Below, piece by piece: positions 1-12,214 of a stretch of DNA of 64,000 bases. A program made the translations under genes and the position numbers. The notes below the pieces were generated by a model. That model was not told the DNA's origin. It saw only the letters and a list, made by a program, of their open reading frames with translations, and ran no database searches. Source of the DNA: Anolis carolinensis (lineage: Eukaryota); the NCBI RefSeq assembly GCF_035594765.1, contig NC_085841.1, positions 342,311,402-342,375,401 of the forward strand, in the 5' to 3' direction. The first letter of the stretch is position 1, and every line of letters starts with the position of its first letter.

Positions 1-1972
1 GGCTAAAAAAAATAGAGGAATTTGGGAATTCGGCAGGTTTCAAATTAAACAAAAAGAAAACAGTAATTCTCACAAAAAATATGTCTATAAGAAGTCAAAG
101 GGAGCTGAAAGAGTTGTCGGGCTTGGAAATAGTGAAAAAAATGAAATACTTAGGGATCTGGATTGCAAACAAAAATAATCAATTGCTAGATCTCAACTAT
201 GGGACAAAATGGAAGGAAATAAAAAAAGATCTAGAGAATTGGACAAACTTAAATATATCACTTATGGGGAGAATTGCGGTTATTAAAATGAATGTCCTGC
301 CAAAATTGTTATATTTGTTCAGGAATATTCCAATTATCAGAGGGGCTAGGATATTTAAAGATTGGAATAAAGAGCTATCAAAATTTATTTGGAAAAATAA
401 AAAACCACGAATAAAATATAGTATGATGATCACTTCACAGATGAGAGGAGGTTTTGGTCTACCTGACCTACAACTCTATCACGATGCGTGTGCATTGGAA
501 TGGGTAATTGACTGGGTTAAATTGGAAAATAAAAAAATATTGACAATTGAAGGATTCAATCTGCGATGGGGATGGCATGGATATCTATGCTATGATAAAG
601 TGAAAATTGATAAGAATTTTGGAAACCATTTCGTGAGGTCTTCTCTGATCAAAATATGGGCAAAATATAAAAGATATTTATATGTGAAAACACCACTTTG
701 GCTCTCCTCTCTAGAAGCAAACCAACGTAGATTACTTGGTTGGAATAATTGGCCGACATATAAAGAAATCATTAAAAAAAACAAACCCAATGTTAGGAAA
801 TGCAAGCATTAAAGAATTAGAGGAAACCCAAAAAAGCTACAAGAATATATCCTGGTTTCAGTATCATCAAATAAAAGAAAGTTACAATAGAGATAAAGGA
901 ACCGGTTTCAATTTGGATAATAATTTTTGGGATAATTTACTCCAGAAAAATAAGAAATTAATAACGATTCTATATAATAAACTAATAGAATGGCATACAG
1001 AATCAGAAATAATCAAGGATTCAATGATAAAGTGGTCAAGAAATATAGGCAGATCTATAACTATGGCTGAATGGGAAAATATTTGGAATAAAAAAATAAA
1101 ATACTGTTACTCAACTGATCTGAAAGAAAACTGGCTAAAAACCATCCACAGATGGTATTTAACCCCCAAAAAACTGGGATTAATGTATGAAAATAGAGAC
1201 AATAAATGTTGGCGCTGCAAAGAACAAATAGGGTCATATTTCCATATGTGGTGGAATTGTAAAAATATTAAAAGCTACTGGAAATCAATCCATTTAGAAT
1301 GTAAGAAGATTTTAAAAATCGATTTGGAATATAAACCTGAATACTACCTGTTAGGGTTACTTGAAATGCAAAACCAAGATAAATTAGACCCTTCTAAGGA
1401 AAAAGAAAATAAGATAAAGATTTTTACATATGCAGTAACAGCTGCAAGATTAGTCATAGCTAAAAACTGGAAAAACCCCGAGAGCCCCACAGTAACAATG
1501 TGGTTGGAAAAATTATTAGACATAAAAAATATGGACAAATTAACTTATTTGATAAAAAGAAATACAGGAAAAGCAATGAAACAAACGGACTGGTCGGACT
1601 TGGAAGATTACCTGCAGGAAGAACTGAAAGGAAAATGAAATATAAGAATACGAAAGGAAGAAAGAAGAGTGGAAGTCCATCTCCCCCAACCCCCCTCCCA
1701 TTTTAGATAGGGATCCAACCCGGGAGCTGATTTCCGACTCCCTTCCCCGTTCCTTTCCCTAGGGTTTCCCTGTTTCCCTACCTTTCCAGAACCATACCCC
1801 TGTCCCACTCGAAACATCCCTCACATCCCCAAACCCACGATAGGGCTATTCCCTTATTCCCCCATCCCTCCCATTCCCATCTATCCTGATTTTTCCTACC
1901 CCATCCTTCCCTTTAGATAGATAAATGTAATATTGGAAGAAATCTCAATAAAGATTATATTTAAAAAAAAAA
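1..1972 (+). mobile_element. LINE-1 (L1 clade) 3' portion: end of ORF2, 3' UTR and poly(A); continues upstream of the window
   Basis: Frame 3 is open from base 3 (LKKIEEFGNSAGFKLNKKKT..KYLGI..GRIAVIKMNVLPKLLYLF..GGFGLPDL), typical of the L1 RT thumb region. ORF 736-1638 has the zinc knuckle CWRC-x8-HMWWNC. AATAAA at 1947-1952, A10 tail at 1963-1972. Confidence 0.93.
3..1638 (+). pseudogene. L1 ORF2 C-terminal half, broken by one frameshift at the A8 run (774-781)
   Basis: ORF 81-812 (frame 3) and ORF 736-1638 (frame 1) join into one L1 ORF2-like protein if one A is removed from ATTAAAAAAAAC. Confidence 0.85.
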
Positions 1973-2221
1973 GTCACTGAGAGATCTAGAAGCACCAGCA
2001 GGGACACACTCCCCCTGTCAGTATTGAGACAGAGATCATCCACTAAGGTAACCATAGCAGTCTCAACTCCATATCCTCCTCTGAAGCCATTATGGGTCAA
2101 AATAGTGTGTCACTTTTAAGACTGCCTGGAGTTGAAGGGCAACAGCCTTCTCAATCACCTTGTCCAACAAAGGAAGGTTGGAGTCAATGGTCTCTAATTA
2201 TTATGGTCCAGGGGATCCAGG

Positions 2222-2503
2222 CAGGCCTGTAGCGAGGGGGCAGTTTTAGGGGTTCAACCCCCCCCCCCCCGAAATTTTTCAGGTTATAAAAAAAAATCTA
2301 GTTTACTCATGAATTTTAACTGGTTAACCAAATCCCCATGCTAAGTCTATGAGACACAAAACATTAAGAGCCCCTCCAGGCTCTATCTCAAGCAGATATT
2401 GACAGGTTTGTAGCGGGGAGGGGTGTGTGCTAGGGGTTAACCGCCACCCCTGAAATTTTCAACCCCCCCCCCCCCCAAAAATTTTTTTCTGGCTACGGCC
2501 CTG
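2222..2503. mobile_element. Non-autonomous DNA transposon (hAT-like MITE)
   Basis: Imperfect TIRs CAGGCCTGTAGCGAG / CTGGCTACGGCCCTG. An inverted internal fragment recurs at ~23680-23766. TSD only partial. Confidence 0.6.
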
Positions 2504-3110
2504 GCCAGGGAGGAGTTTTTTCTAGCAGTTGTCTAACTACTGCTTCTTTTAAGCAAGTTGGAAAGTTCCTCTCCCTGAGAGATGAGTTAATAATCTGTTG
2601 TATTTGTGATCAAATTGCATCTTCTTTCTGGACTACTAGCCAAATGGGGCAGGGATCAAGAAAGCAGTTTGCCTTCCTTACTTTTCCCAGCATCTTGTCC
2701 ACATCAGCAGTACTCACAAATTGAAACTGATCTAGGGTCTAATAATGGTTTCAGAGGGTGCCTGAGTTAAGCCTCTTACCACACAGCTCAGCTGGACATG
2801 AATCCTCAGGTGCAATATATGCAAAGAAGAAAGATTTCTTTGCTGCATGTCTTGTCACCTTATAGAAACAGAGATATATATATATTGTGTCGTTGCATAA
2901 AATACGAGTTTTCCATCATCTGCACTCTAGTCATTGCCCTTCCCCTTTCATTTCCCTGAGGGTCTCTGTATATAAGGGAACTTGGTTAGTAACAGGTAGG
3001 AGAGGATGTTTGGGAGTGATTGTGTCAATAGCCCAGAGTAGATTATGATTCCATTTATTGAACAGGGATTCAACAGGATCTTTGGTTAATATTAGCCATA
3101 GAACCCTCTA

Positions 3111-3325
3111 AGGGTTGTTGTATGTCTTTCAGGCTGTGTGGCCATGTTCCAGAAGTATTCTCTCCTGACGTCTGGCAGGCATCCTCCATGCCTCACAACC
3201 TCTGAGGATGCCTGCCATAGATGTGGGCAAAACGTCAGGAGAGAATACTTCTGGAACATGGCCACACAGCCCGAAAGACATACAACAACCCTGTGATCCC
3301 GGCCATGAAAGCCTTTGACAACACA
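3111..3325 (+). mobile_element. Penelope-like element pseudo-LTR end with inverted 5' segment (palindromic insertion)
   Basis: 3111-3186 is the inverse of ~3204-3292. TSD AACCCTCTA at 3102-3110 and 3326-3334. Contains a hammerhead motif with GAAA mutated to AAAA. Confidence 0.8.
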
Positions 3326-3794
3326 AACCCTCTAAGGCTTCCTGGAATCTTAAAGGATCCATTAGCCTTTGAGGGCAGACCATTTTGAAAGGTCTTCCAC
3401 CCCTGTGGCGGTAGGTTGTAGATATGATACTAGCCATGACCAGAAAGTGATCTGTCTGTGACAACTGAGCGGTATTGATCACCTCTGCCCATATGTTCCA
3501 AGCCAAACACCGCATCTAGGGTGTGATGTGTAGGTCCAGAAACGAATTGAGATAGGCCCATGTTTGTCCCAAACTGTACCTGACAAATTGACCTCGAATG
3601 GTATTTTGAAGTCACCCAGAAGCAAAAGTCTGGGTGGCTCCACCAACATCTCTGAGACCAATTCCATGAGCTCAGCCAGGGAGTTTGTTAGGCAGCGGGG
3701 TGAACAGTACACATAATTTAATATATATTGAAATGATCCTAAATCAGGCGTCTGTCCTAAATCTTCTGGGGAATTGTTGAAAGAGATGGATACA

Positions 3795-4050
3795 CCTTCA
3801 GACTGGAAGAAGAAATTAAATGGAGACAAGGTAGCTGCCTTCAAATATCCAAAGGGCTTTTAGACAGCAGATGGAGTAGATTTGTTCCTTGTTGTCTTAG
3901 AGATTACGAATAAAACCAGTTAGCAGAAATTGTAGGGAAGCAAATTTTGCAGAAATGTTTAACAGTGGATTAAATTGCCTTGAGAAGTTTGACAGGTTCT
4001 TTTACAGTGGAGGTACTTATACGGAGGCTGAACAACCATCTGTCATGGCA
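3795..4050 (+). mobile_element. Old CR1 LINE 3' fragment
   Basis: Diverged similarity to the CR1 copy at 52180-52770 (TTCAGACTGGAAGAAGA..CTTCAAATAT..GAGGCTGAACAACCATCTGTC). Confidence 0.55.
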
Positions 4051-5100
4051 TGGTACTTGCAAACACCTTTGGCCATCCACAAAGGACTTGCTGTAGGCTT
4101 TAAAGCCCAGGAAGTGTTCAGTGAACTGCCTTTTATGTGGACAATGCTATATACCTAAATAGTGAACAGCATTTATAAATACCAACATAAATATACTGGA
4201 GATTAAATGGAATACTTTTTTGAGATACATGTTTCAAAATGGAGGAATAAGACTAGTGGGACTTCACCTTCGGAAAGATGCTTGTCCATGAGATCTAAGT
4301 ACAATTTGTTCTGTTTTCCAAAAGATGGATTTTTGGCGCTTCACTGCCTTGTTCCCTTGGGTAGTGTTATGCTTTAAGTTGCCTGTAGATTTGCAGTATA
4401 CACTGTGCTTGGTGCTTCCTTGCTCTCCCCACCCCCACCCCTGCCCTCCTAGAAATTGCACTCTGATGTAAATAAATCACTCCTGTCATGCTTAGTCAGT
4501 GCTGATATCACTGAGTCACTGCATGGGGGGAGGTCACAAGTTTTTACTCCCTCACCTCTTTGCTCAGAAACAAGACAGCATTAATGCAACCATTTCTCAA
4601 AAGGTATGTCAGCTCCTATTACTTAATGTAACAGGAGCTGACTTACTGCTTGGTTCTTTTTAGAAACAAGAACCCCTTTGGGTTAATTGCATGCATGCCT
4701 ACAAATGGAAGAGCTCAGTGGGAGTGAATGGGGAAGAGTGAGGATAATGGATCAGGGGCAAGAGCCTGTACTAAGATCATAGTTACAATATTGTAGCTAC
4801 TAGCTAAGCTTTGTTTCCTGATTCAACCCCTAAAACCCACCTTAAACACCAGAGGGCTGTCCCAAGCAATGGAGCTTTGTGGCTTTGATAAGAAGGACCC
4901 TGCAGGATCACAGAACCAGTCCCTGACTACCAGCAACAATGCAATGAAGGGTGAGCACAATACCCCACAAGAGCCCTTGCTCCTACGGTTGCATTGTTGC
5001 TCACTGGGAAGAGAGCACGACTTGCACAAGGTCATCTATGGCTGAGTAGGGATTGAATCCAAGTCTCCTAGAATCCTAGTCCAACACTCAAACCAATATA

Positions 5101-5429
5101 CAGTAGAGTCTCACTTATCCAACATAAACAGGCCGGCAGAACGTTGGATAAGCGAATATGTTGAATAATAAGGAGGGATTAAAGAAAAGCCTATTACACA
5201 TCAAATTAGGTTACAAATTAGATTTTACAAATTAAGCACCAAAACATCATGTTTAACTACAAATTTGACAGAAAAAGTAGTTCAATATGCAGTAATGCTA
5301 TGTAGTAATTACTGTATTTACGAATTTAGCACCAAAATATCACGATGTATTAAAAACATTGACGACAAAAATGCGTTGGATAATCCAGAACATTGGATAA
5401 GCGAGTGTTGCATAAGTGAGACTCTCCTG
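5101..5429. mobile_element. Tc1/mariner-type MITE, family A copy 1
   Basis: TIR CAGTAGAGTCTCACTTATCCAAC preceded by TA; right TIR slightly mutated. Near-identical to 10054, 43238 and 63901. Confidence 0.88.
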
Positions 5430-6495
5430 TCTATAATACTTTTTAAAAATCCGATACACCTCTCTACAACCTGTTGGAATCCCTTCAACCCCAATGACTA
5501 CAGGTTTTAGGTCACCCCCACTTTACTAGATGATGTGAATGACTCCTTCTCTGCGATATATTTTTGTAAACTATTTCCAGTAAGGACATAACATTGAACT
5601 TGCTCAACTCGTTGTTTGAGCTGCTTTGAAGTAATTCACTATCCGAGGTATATCTCAAAGGGTTTTTTATTTACATTGCAAAGTGATGAATATATTAATG
5701 AATAAAAAAGAAGAGTAAGGATAGAAGGAGAAAGACCCTGCCATGCAACCCATTAAAATGACATTACATTTGCAGGCCTGCTTAATGAAGATGGAAGGAA
5801 AGCATATGCTACTGATTCTAATCAGCTCTGCTCTTTTTGGGCTGAGACTTTGATTCACTGCCATCTTGTTTTAAGTAGTGGGTGATATTTTACTTGGAAT
5901 GGGGATGGAGGACAGCTTTATAGCCCGTTGAAACCTCTCTAAATTGGTCATGCTCCTTCCAAAGTGGTTTGCCACTGTATTAAGCAACAAGATATATTTT
6001 TGCAATTGCTCTTTGTTAATGCCTGCTGCTCCGATCACTGCCCATTCCACTCCCTATTTTACAAAGTGTCATAAAGGAGCCAAGATAAATATGTCATGGA
6101 ACAGACTGTCCCTAAATCAGCTGGCCAGACCCCAGTTTAATAGACATTTCATGCTATTAAAGCGTTTTTTTTAATTTAATGATTTGGCCATTGAACTCTC
6201 CCCCCACTCCCAGGATATTTGAAGCACTCTACATTTTAATTTGCCTCCAGTTAGCTTTCAAGTCCATGGCAAAAGATGTTGCTCTTAAGAGATAATCACC
6301 CTCCTGTTGTGAGAGAACGTGTGAGGTGCAGATGAGTTCGTGAAGCTCCTGCAGTGGAAAGAACAGCGGTCGCCACTTTTGTGGCAAAATCAGTGTTATT
6401 TTAAAATCTGGTTGTTGTTTCTATATCAATAATTGGAATAAATTACCACGAAGGGTGAAAACTCTGAATTGCTGCTTTAGAAGTCAATCACAATA

Positions 6496-6818
6496 CAGTG
6501 TCCCCTCACTACTTTGCTGTTCACTTTTTGCGGATTCACTGTTTCGCGGTTTTTTAATAAACTCTAAAAGAATATTATAAATCATAAAAAATTCAATTTA
6601 CAGCCTAAGGAAGGGAGGAAGGAGAAGCCGAAGGGAGAGAAAAGGAGCCCAAGTGGCAATGGGAGGAGAAGGAAGTGATTTGATAAAGACTTAAAATAGT
6701 GTATAACTACTAAAATAATGTATAAATATTAAAATAAATATAGTGCCCCTACTCCTCAGATTTTCACTTATTGCGGGTGGAACTGGAACGTAACCCCAGC
6801 AATAAGTGAGGGAACATT
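6496..6818. mobile_element. Tc1/mariner (Tigger/pogo-like) MITE
   Basis: TA|CAGTGTCCCCTCACT start; degenerate inverted end AAGTGAGGGAACATT. Confidence 0.6.
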
Positions 6819-6849
6819 CTTAGGGAAAAGCAAAACAACTGCTGATGAT

Positions 6850-6958
6850 GGCCATCTGTCAGGGGTGCTTTGAGTGCGATTTTCCTGCTTCTTGACAGGG
6901 GATTGGACTGGATTGCCCACGAGGTCTCTTCCAACTCTATGATTCTATGATTCTATGA
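6850..6958 (+). mobile_element. Short CR1 3' end
   Basis: GGCCATCTGTC..GGACTGGAT..CTTCCAACTCT followed by an (ATTCTATG)n tail. Confidence 0.8.
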
Positions 6959-7679
6959 GAGTTGTTGACAGAGCCAGACCTACCATTAGACAGATTGATG
7001 TCATCTTGGGCAGCAGATGCTATGAGATGGCAGTCAGATGAGAAGAGAGTGCTGGGCCAGATGGCCTGCCTTTCATCTGGAGGTAGCTGATCATTTGTAA
7101 TCAGTTCTTTGTAATAAGCTACCTCCAGATGAAAGATAATTCATTACTTGTAATCAGTTCCTTTCCTCAATAATTAAGCATAAATTTATTGGCCAGTACT
7201 CTACACCAGGGCTTCTTAAACATTTTTCCATTTGCAATCCCTTTCCACATAAGAGATGTTTACAAGACACTGGATATACATATATAAAGTAGGTATAACA
7301 TTAAACATTTACTGATGATAATTCAGCATTTGCAAGGCTTGCTAAACAGTCTGATTTTCCCTTTTTGTATATTTTCCTCAGAACACACTGTAAACACTCC
7401 ACATTGTTCCTAACAGATATGTGTAATGCCTTTAGAAATCTTTTACTGTTGCTAATTTTTTGTGCCTCCAACACTGAGTTAAGGGGACCCAATTTGGTTT
7501 AATAGGTAGGACAAAAAACCCAGGACCTGAGAGCAGGTCCGTACACAGACCTATTGGCCCCAGGATTTGTGCCTGCAACGCCTGGACTTGCTGCTTTGTT
7601 CCAGGATTTAGAAGCCCTCAAGATGGCTACTGTGGCTATCTGCTGGAAATTCCTGCAGCTTAAATGTTTAAAAATATGC

Positions 7680-8220
7680 TGATGCAAATATGTGCATCGT
7701 TTGTACGAGTTTTGTTCCTGGGTTACCCACATTGGTTCCTCATTAGTTCTATCAGAAAAACCTGGCGAAAGTTGGTTACAGGGCAAAAACTTTGTCATAG
7801 CAAGAGGGATATCGCCATCCACCCATTTATCAAAGTTTGTGACACACAAACAAAGTTTTTGCCATGTAATCAACTTTTCCCATGTTTTTACAATAGAAGC
7901 AATGAGGAACCAACATTTATAACACGGGAACATCAGCCCGTTCTTCCAGGCACAAATACACCACCAAAACTATCCTGACAGATGGCGATGCAACCTCTGA
8001 ATAATGATAATAATGTTCCTGGTTTGAAAGTGTGAGTTCCTGTATAATGGTGTAGACCTTATTTGAAAGTACTTGTCATATTCCACAAACTTTGTGTGTC
8101 ACAAATTTCAATAAATGGGTGGATGGTAATGTTCCTCTTGCCATGACATGTAACCAACTTTCCCAGTGTTTTTATAATAGAAGCAATCAGAAACTGACAT
8201 TTATAACCTGGAAACAAAGC
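7680..8220. repeat. Unclassified interspersed repeat with internal duplication
   Basis: 7865-7930 and 8147-8215 are direct copies (CATGTAA.CAACTTT.CC..TGTTTT.A.AATAGAAGCAAT). 7795-7855 and 8085-8147 are inverted copies. Confidence 0.5.
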
Positions 8221-9530
8221 AATATATAAAAATCTCATATTTTCTGAGTGCAGGGACATATAGAGTTTCAAAGATCCGAATCTTCTGGCCAGAACTGGGA
8301 TATTCCCACACTTTTTTTTCTCAGTTTTTCGGCTTTGTAGTGATTCCTCCAGCGTTTTTAGCTGACGTCATCTAGCCACCCTCCATTTTGAACAGGGATG
8401 AAGGTATTGTGTGGATGGGCCTTAAGAAGTAGTGCTCTACACCAGCTATTTCGTTAAAGTAATTTCTCTTGTCCCATCCTCTCTCCCTGAAACGTGATAG
8501 AAACATAATTCATCTGTGCCCCAAGTATCAGAGAAATTGTCCTTCTCTTCCCACACGATACCCTGTAAAGTATGTTGGGCTGGGAGGAATTACAACTGTG
8601 GAAATAGTGTCACAATTGTGTTTAATTAGCAATTGTGAATGTAGAACAGTTACCTAGGTTTATTTGTCTGTAATTGTTTTATATTGACAATTGCTACTTA
8701 GTCATAATGGTGATGCTATTGCTATGACTGTAACTCCAATCTAGCTACTTTACAGACATCAGATGCATGAGGTGAAGGAGGTCCAGTCTAATAGTGATTG
8801 TGTTGGGAATCTATTAAGCGGTTAGACTCAAAAAATAACTCTCTTTTGGGGTGATTTCTCAAAAATACAGCAGAGTGGCAGAACCACGATTCATAAGCAG
8901 CAGAAACTTACGTGTGGTGAGCTTGGAGAGGCCTTTGTTTCTCAGAATGGCAAAGGATTGCAAAGTCTCCTTGAAAGTTCAAAAATAATTTATTGAGGTA
9001 AAAAGAAATCCATTGTAGATAGAAAAGGATCTTGGAGCTAACTAGCTCTCTCAGCTAGCATCTAAGGAAGGCAAGTAGGTAGAAAATAACAAAATATCTA
9101 AATAGCTACATTTTTCCAGGAGAGAGGGCAAAATGTGTCCTTCTCAGATTGAAGAAAAAAGAGGAAGGGGAGATGAGGCTGACCGCATGGTCCAAGCCTT
9201 TGGGGCAATTAACATTCCAATTACATAGAGGAAGTTGCCTCATCCCTAAAGGGTTCACATTACTATAACAACAAGGTGAGGGAGTGGATGTAAACAGGAA
9301 AGCAAGAGAGGGAAAACAGCAAAGGCCTATCTAGGTATGCTTGGGAATACAGAGAGGGTTCTCTCAGTTTAATCCTATCCACTACATAACTAGTTGAGAC
9401 TTGTGCAGTCCAGGATGACATACAATAGATTGGAGTATGAGTTAATAATGTTTCTATCAGGTTTTGTGAGCTGGGCATCAAACCAAGAGAGACTACTTCG
9501 TTTAGTATATTTTTTTAAAGTGCATTCAAT

Positions 9531-9678
9531 GCCCCCTTCTACACTGCCATATAATGTAGATTATCAAAGCGTATAAACCACATTATCTGATTTGAACTAG
9601 ATTATATGAGTCTACACTGCCATATAATCCAGTTCAAAGCAGATAATCTGGCTTTTATATGGCAGTGTAGAAGGGGCT
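9531..9678. mobile_element. Palindromic MITE (Harbinger-like), family with relatives at ~40048-40352, ~40740-40870 and ~45220-45345
   Basis: TIR GCCCCTTCTACACTGCCATATAA / TTATATGGCAGTGTAGAAGGGGC. Confidence 0.7.
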
Positions 9679-10053
9679 TGAAATGGACCTCCAATGAGAT
9701 GGTTCTCTTCTGTGTTCTCACCAGATGTACCTGTGAGGGTGGTGGGACAGACAGTAGAGCCCCCTCAGAAGATCACAAAATCCAAGCAAGCTCATTTGAC
9801 AAATTGCGCACTTTCCAATAACCTGAACCTGAGATGCATATGATGCAATGAAGGATAACGTCACTCATTTTACAGCATGATCGTATTTTTAACCTCCTTT
9901 TATGTTTAAGAGGGCATGGTCTCATTAAATGTGTATAAGTAATATTTAATGGTCTATAGAGCTGGCTCACTTTATTGCTTCCTGCTATGTTGGGGTAATA
10001 ACAAAGCAAACAAGAGAATGTTGTGTTTTTGCCCCAAGCTGGTAATTGTAGTA

Positions 10054-10377
10054 CAGTAGAGTCTCACTTATCCGACACTCACTTATCCAACATTCTGGAT
10101 TATCCAACGCATTTTTTGTAGTCAATGTTTTCAAAACATCGTGATATTTTGGTGCTAAATTCGTAAATACAGTAATTACTACATAGCATTACTGCATATT
10201 GAACTAGGTTTTCTGTCAAATTTGTTGTATAACATGATGTTTTGGTGCTTAATTTGTGAAATCATAACCTAATTTGATGTTTAATAGGCTTGTCCTTACT
10301 CTATCCTTATTATCCAACATATTCGCTTATCCAATGTTCAGCCGGCCCGTTTACGTTGGATAAGTGAGACTCTACTG
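10054..10377. mobile_element. Tc1/mariner MITE, family A copy 2
   Basis: TA|CAGTAGAGTCTCACTTATCC ... GGATAAGTGAGACTCTACTG|TA. Confidence 0.92.
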
Positions 10378-12214
10378 TATTGGCAAAAATAATTTAAAAC
10401 CAATCTCTAAACCCTCAAATTTGAATATTGCAACAGATATCCAAAGACCAATCAAAAGCCAAATTGTAGTGCAATGCAGAATAATGTCAGAACTACACTT
10501 ACTGTGATGTAGAATGGGCTCTGAAATCATCATTTCACTCTTATCATCAAGACACCTCACCCTCCCTCAGCATGCAATTCCTTTAATGATGGGTGTATGC
10601 AGGAGAGTTCAGAAAGATGAACTGGGCCTACATACACACTATGTACTTCTATGCCATTCCAGCATACTTCAGCAGTCCTGGGCAAGGAAACATATATCCT
10701 GCTTTACAGAGGAAAATCTTATTTAATAGGATGCCGATGGGAATACATGCACATGCAAATATGTGCACACACTCTCACTTACTCACCCCACCTAGCCTGC
10801 CCAACTTATATTGCTTCAAAGGGATCCACATCAATTCAGATAGCATTTCTGGTTTCAAAAAGGATGCCCATCTTATTGGAGAATCTTTAATTTGCATGAG
10901 GGAAAAGTGGAATTTATATTTGGAATTTTTTCCAGCTTTTAAAAAATTCTTATTATCAAATCTCTAAAAGTCTGTGGGTATAAAAGTTAAATATGCCCTG
11001 TGGCATCTCTCCCTTGCCTAACCATTACTTAGTCAGCATAACAGAGCTCAGTTGGTCTCTTTGACCTTGGCAGTGCCACTGGAAACAGAATTCCTCATGG
11101 ATGAATGGCTCTTGAACAATTTCAACCCACGGAATAAACATAGACAACCACCTTTGAGGTGATGCATAATTCCAATGCTTTTTTTCCACAGAATAAGCCC
11201 AAGTCATGCGCTGAAAGGAACTGCAGGACAAATTCAGTAATTTAATTGGGATCTGCCAGCCTTGATCAGAAGGCTGTAATCACATTACAAATTACATCTT
11301 TAATACAGATTTCTTGAAGCTGGCATCAACCTGGTATGTCATTTAAGAGTTGTATGGTAGGAGGTGATGGGATTTGTGGTTCAACAAAACCTGAAGGTGT
11401 GAAGTGTGCAAGATAGTTTAGAATAAGATTAAAAGAAGGAGGTTCCCTTACCAAGATGTTTTCATATCAGAGGCAAACATGGAAACAATCTACAAATGTT
11501 CTCTGCAGAACTGGCCATGGCTATTAATCCACATCCTGCTAAGATAAAGCATTTATTAAGGAAATACATTCGTGGATAGCAATAGCCTGATTCTTTTTGA
11601 ACTAATCTAAAAGAGAATATGATGGGAGGGAGATATGTTGTACATTACAAAAGGAGCTGTTCAATGTGTTTACACAAACTTTCTGTTCAAAACTAAAAAT
11701 ATGCACTCATGAAATGAAAGAACCACCTCAGGTAAGCCCTGCATTGGCAAATAAAAACATTTAGAATCTTCTAGTGACTACTGGAAAGCTTCTTCCCAAA
11801 TGCATTCAAATAAATATTCAATTTTTTTTTTTGGAATTTCCACATTGATAAACAAAATGGTAGGTTTTTAAAAAAAACATGCTAGGTGGTAGCTAAGGCT
11901 TTCTGGAGCAGCTGCTGTTCATCTTATTTGTTCTAGGAACTTTCATACAGCTACATTAGGATAAGCTATAGCAGAACCTTGCAGTTTCTCAGCACAAGAT
12001 TTATTGCATTGTTTACTATGAAAATATAACTCAGACTCAAAATTCTATTTTTTTTTCAGCTCTTCTTCACCACCTTTCCAAGCGAGTGCTGCTAAAAATA
12101 TTCAAGCTAAGGAAGAAAAGAAAAGTCTGGGCAGAAATAAAAAGACTTTGTAAAAAGGAGCCTCACTGTCAAAGGCTTTGTTAACTGAGGTATTGGTAAA
12201 TATCACTGGTTGGC

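Larger units (their letters stand above)
1973..3715 (-). mobile_element. Degenerate L2-clade LINE (endonuclease to RT), interrupted by the L1, a hAT-like MITE and a Penelope fragment
   Basis: Minus-strand translation near 1975-2075 gives GYGVETAMVTLVDDLCLNTDRGSVSLLVLLDLS (RT motif). Near 3480-3710 it gives PPRLLLLGDF and GLSQFVSGPTHHTLDAVF (APE endonuclease motifs). Confidence 0.82.

Noticed and set aside
774-782. A AAA AAC slippery heptamer as a programmed -1 frameshift in L1 ORF2
   Set aside because: Joining the two ORFs needs a +1 shift (frame 3 to frame 1), not -1. A simple homopolymer indel explains it.
3199-3239. Active hammerhead in the first Penelope copy
   Set aside because: Essential GAAA is AAAA (CpG decay). 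The 34840 copy likewise has an eroded stem II and GCC at the cleavage site.
8801-9460. Possible ERV solo LTR starting TGTTGGGA
   Set aside because: No convincing terminal CA with a matching TSD; left unannotated.
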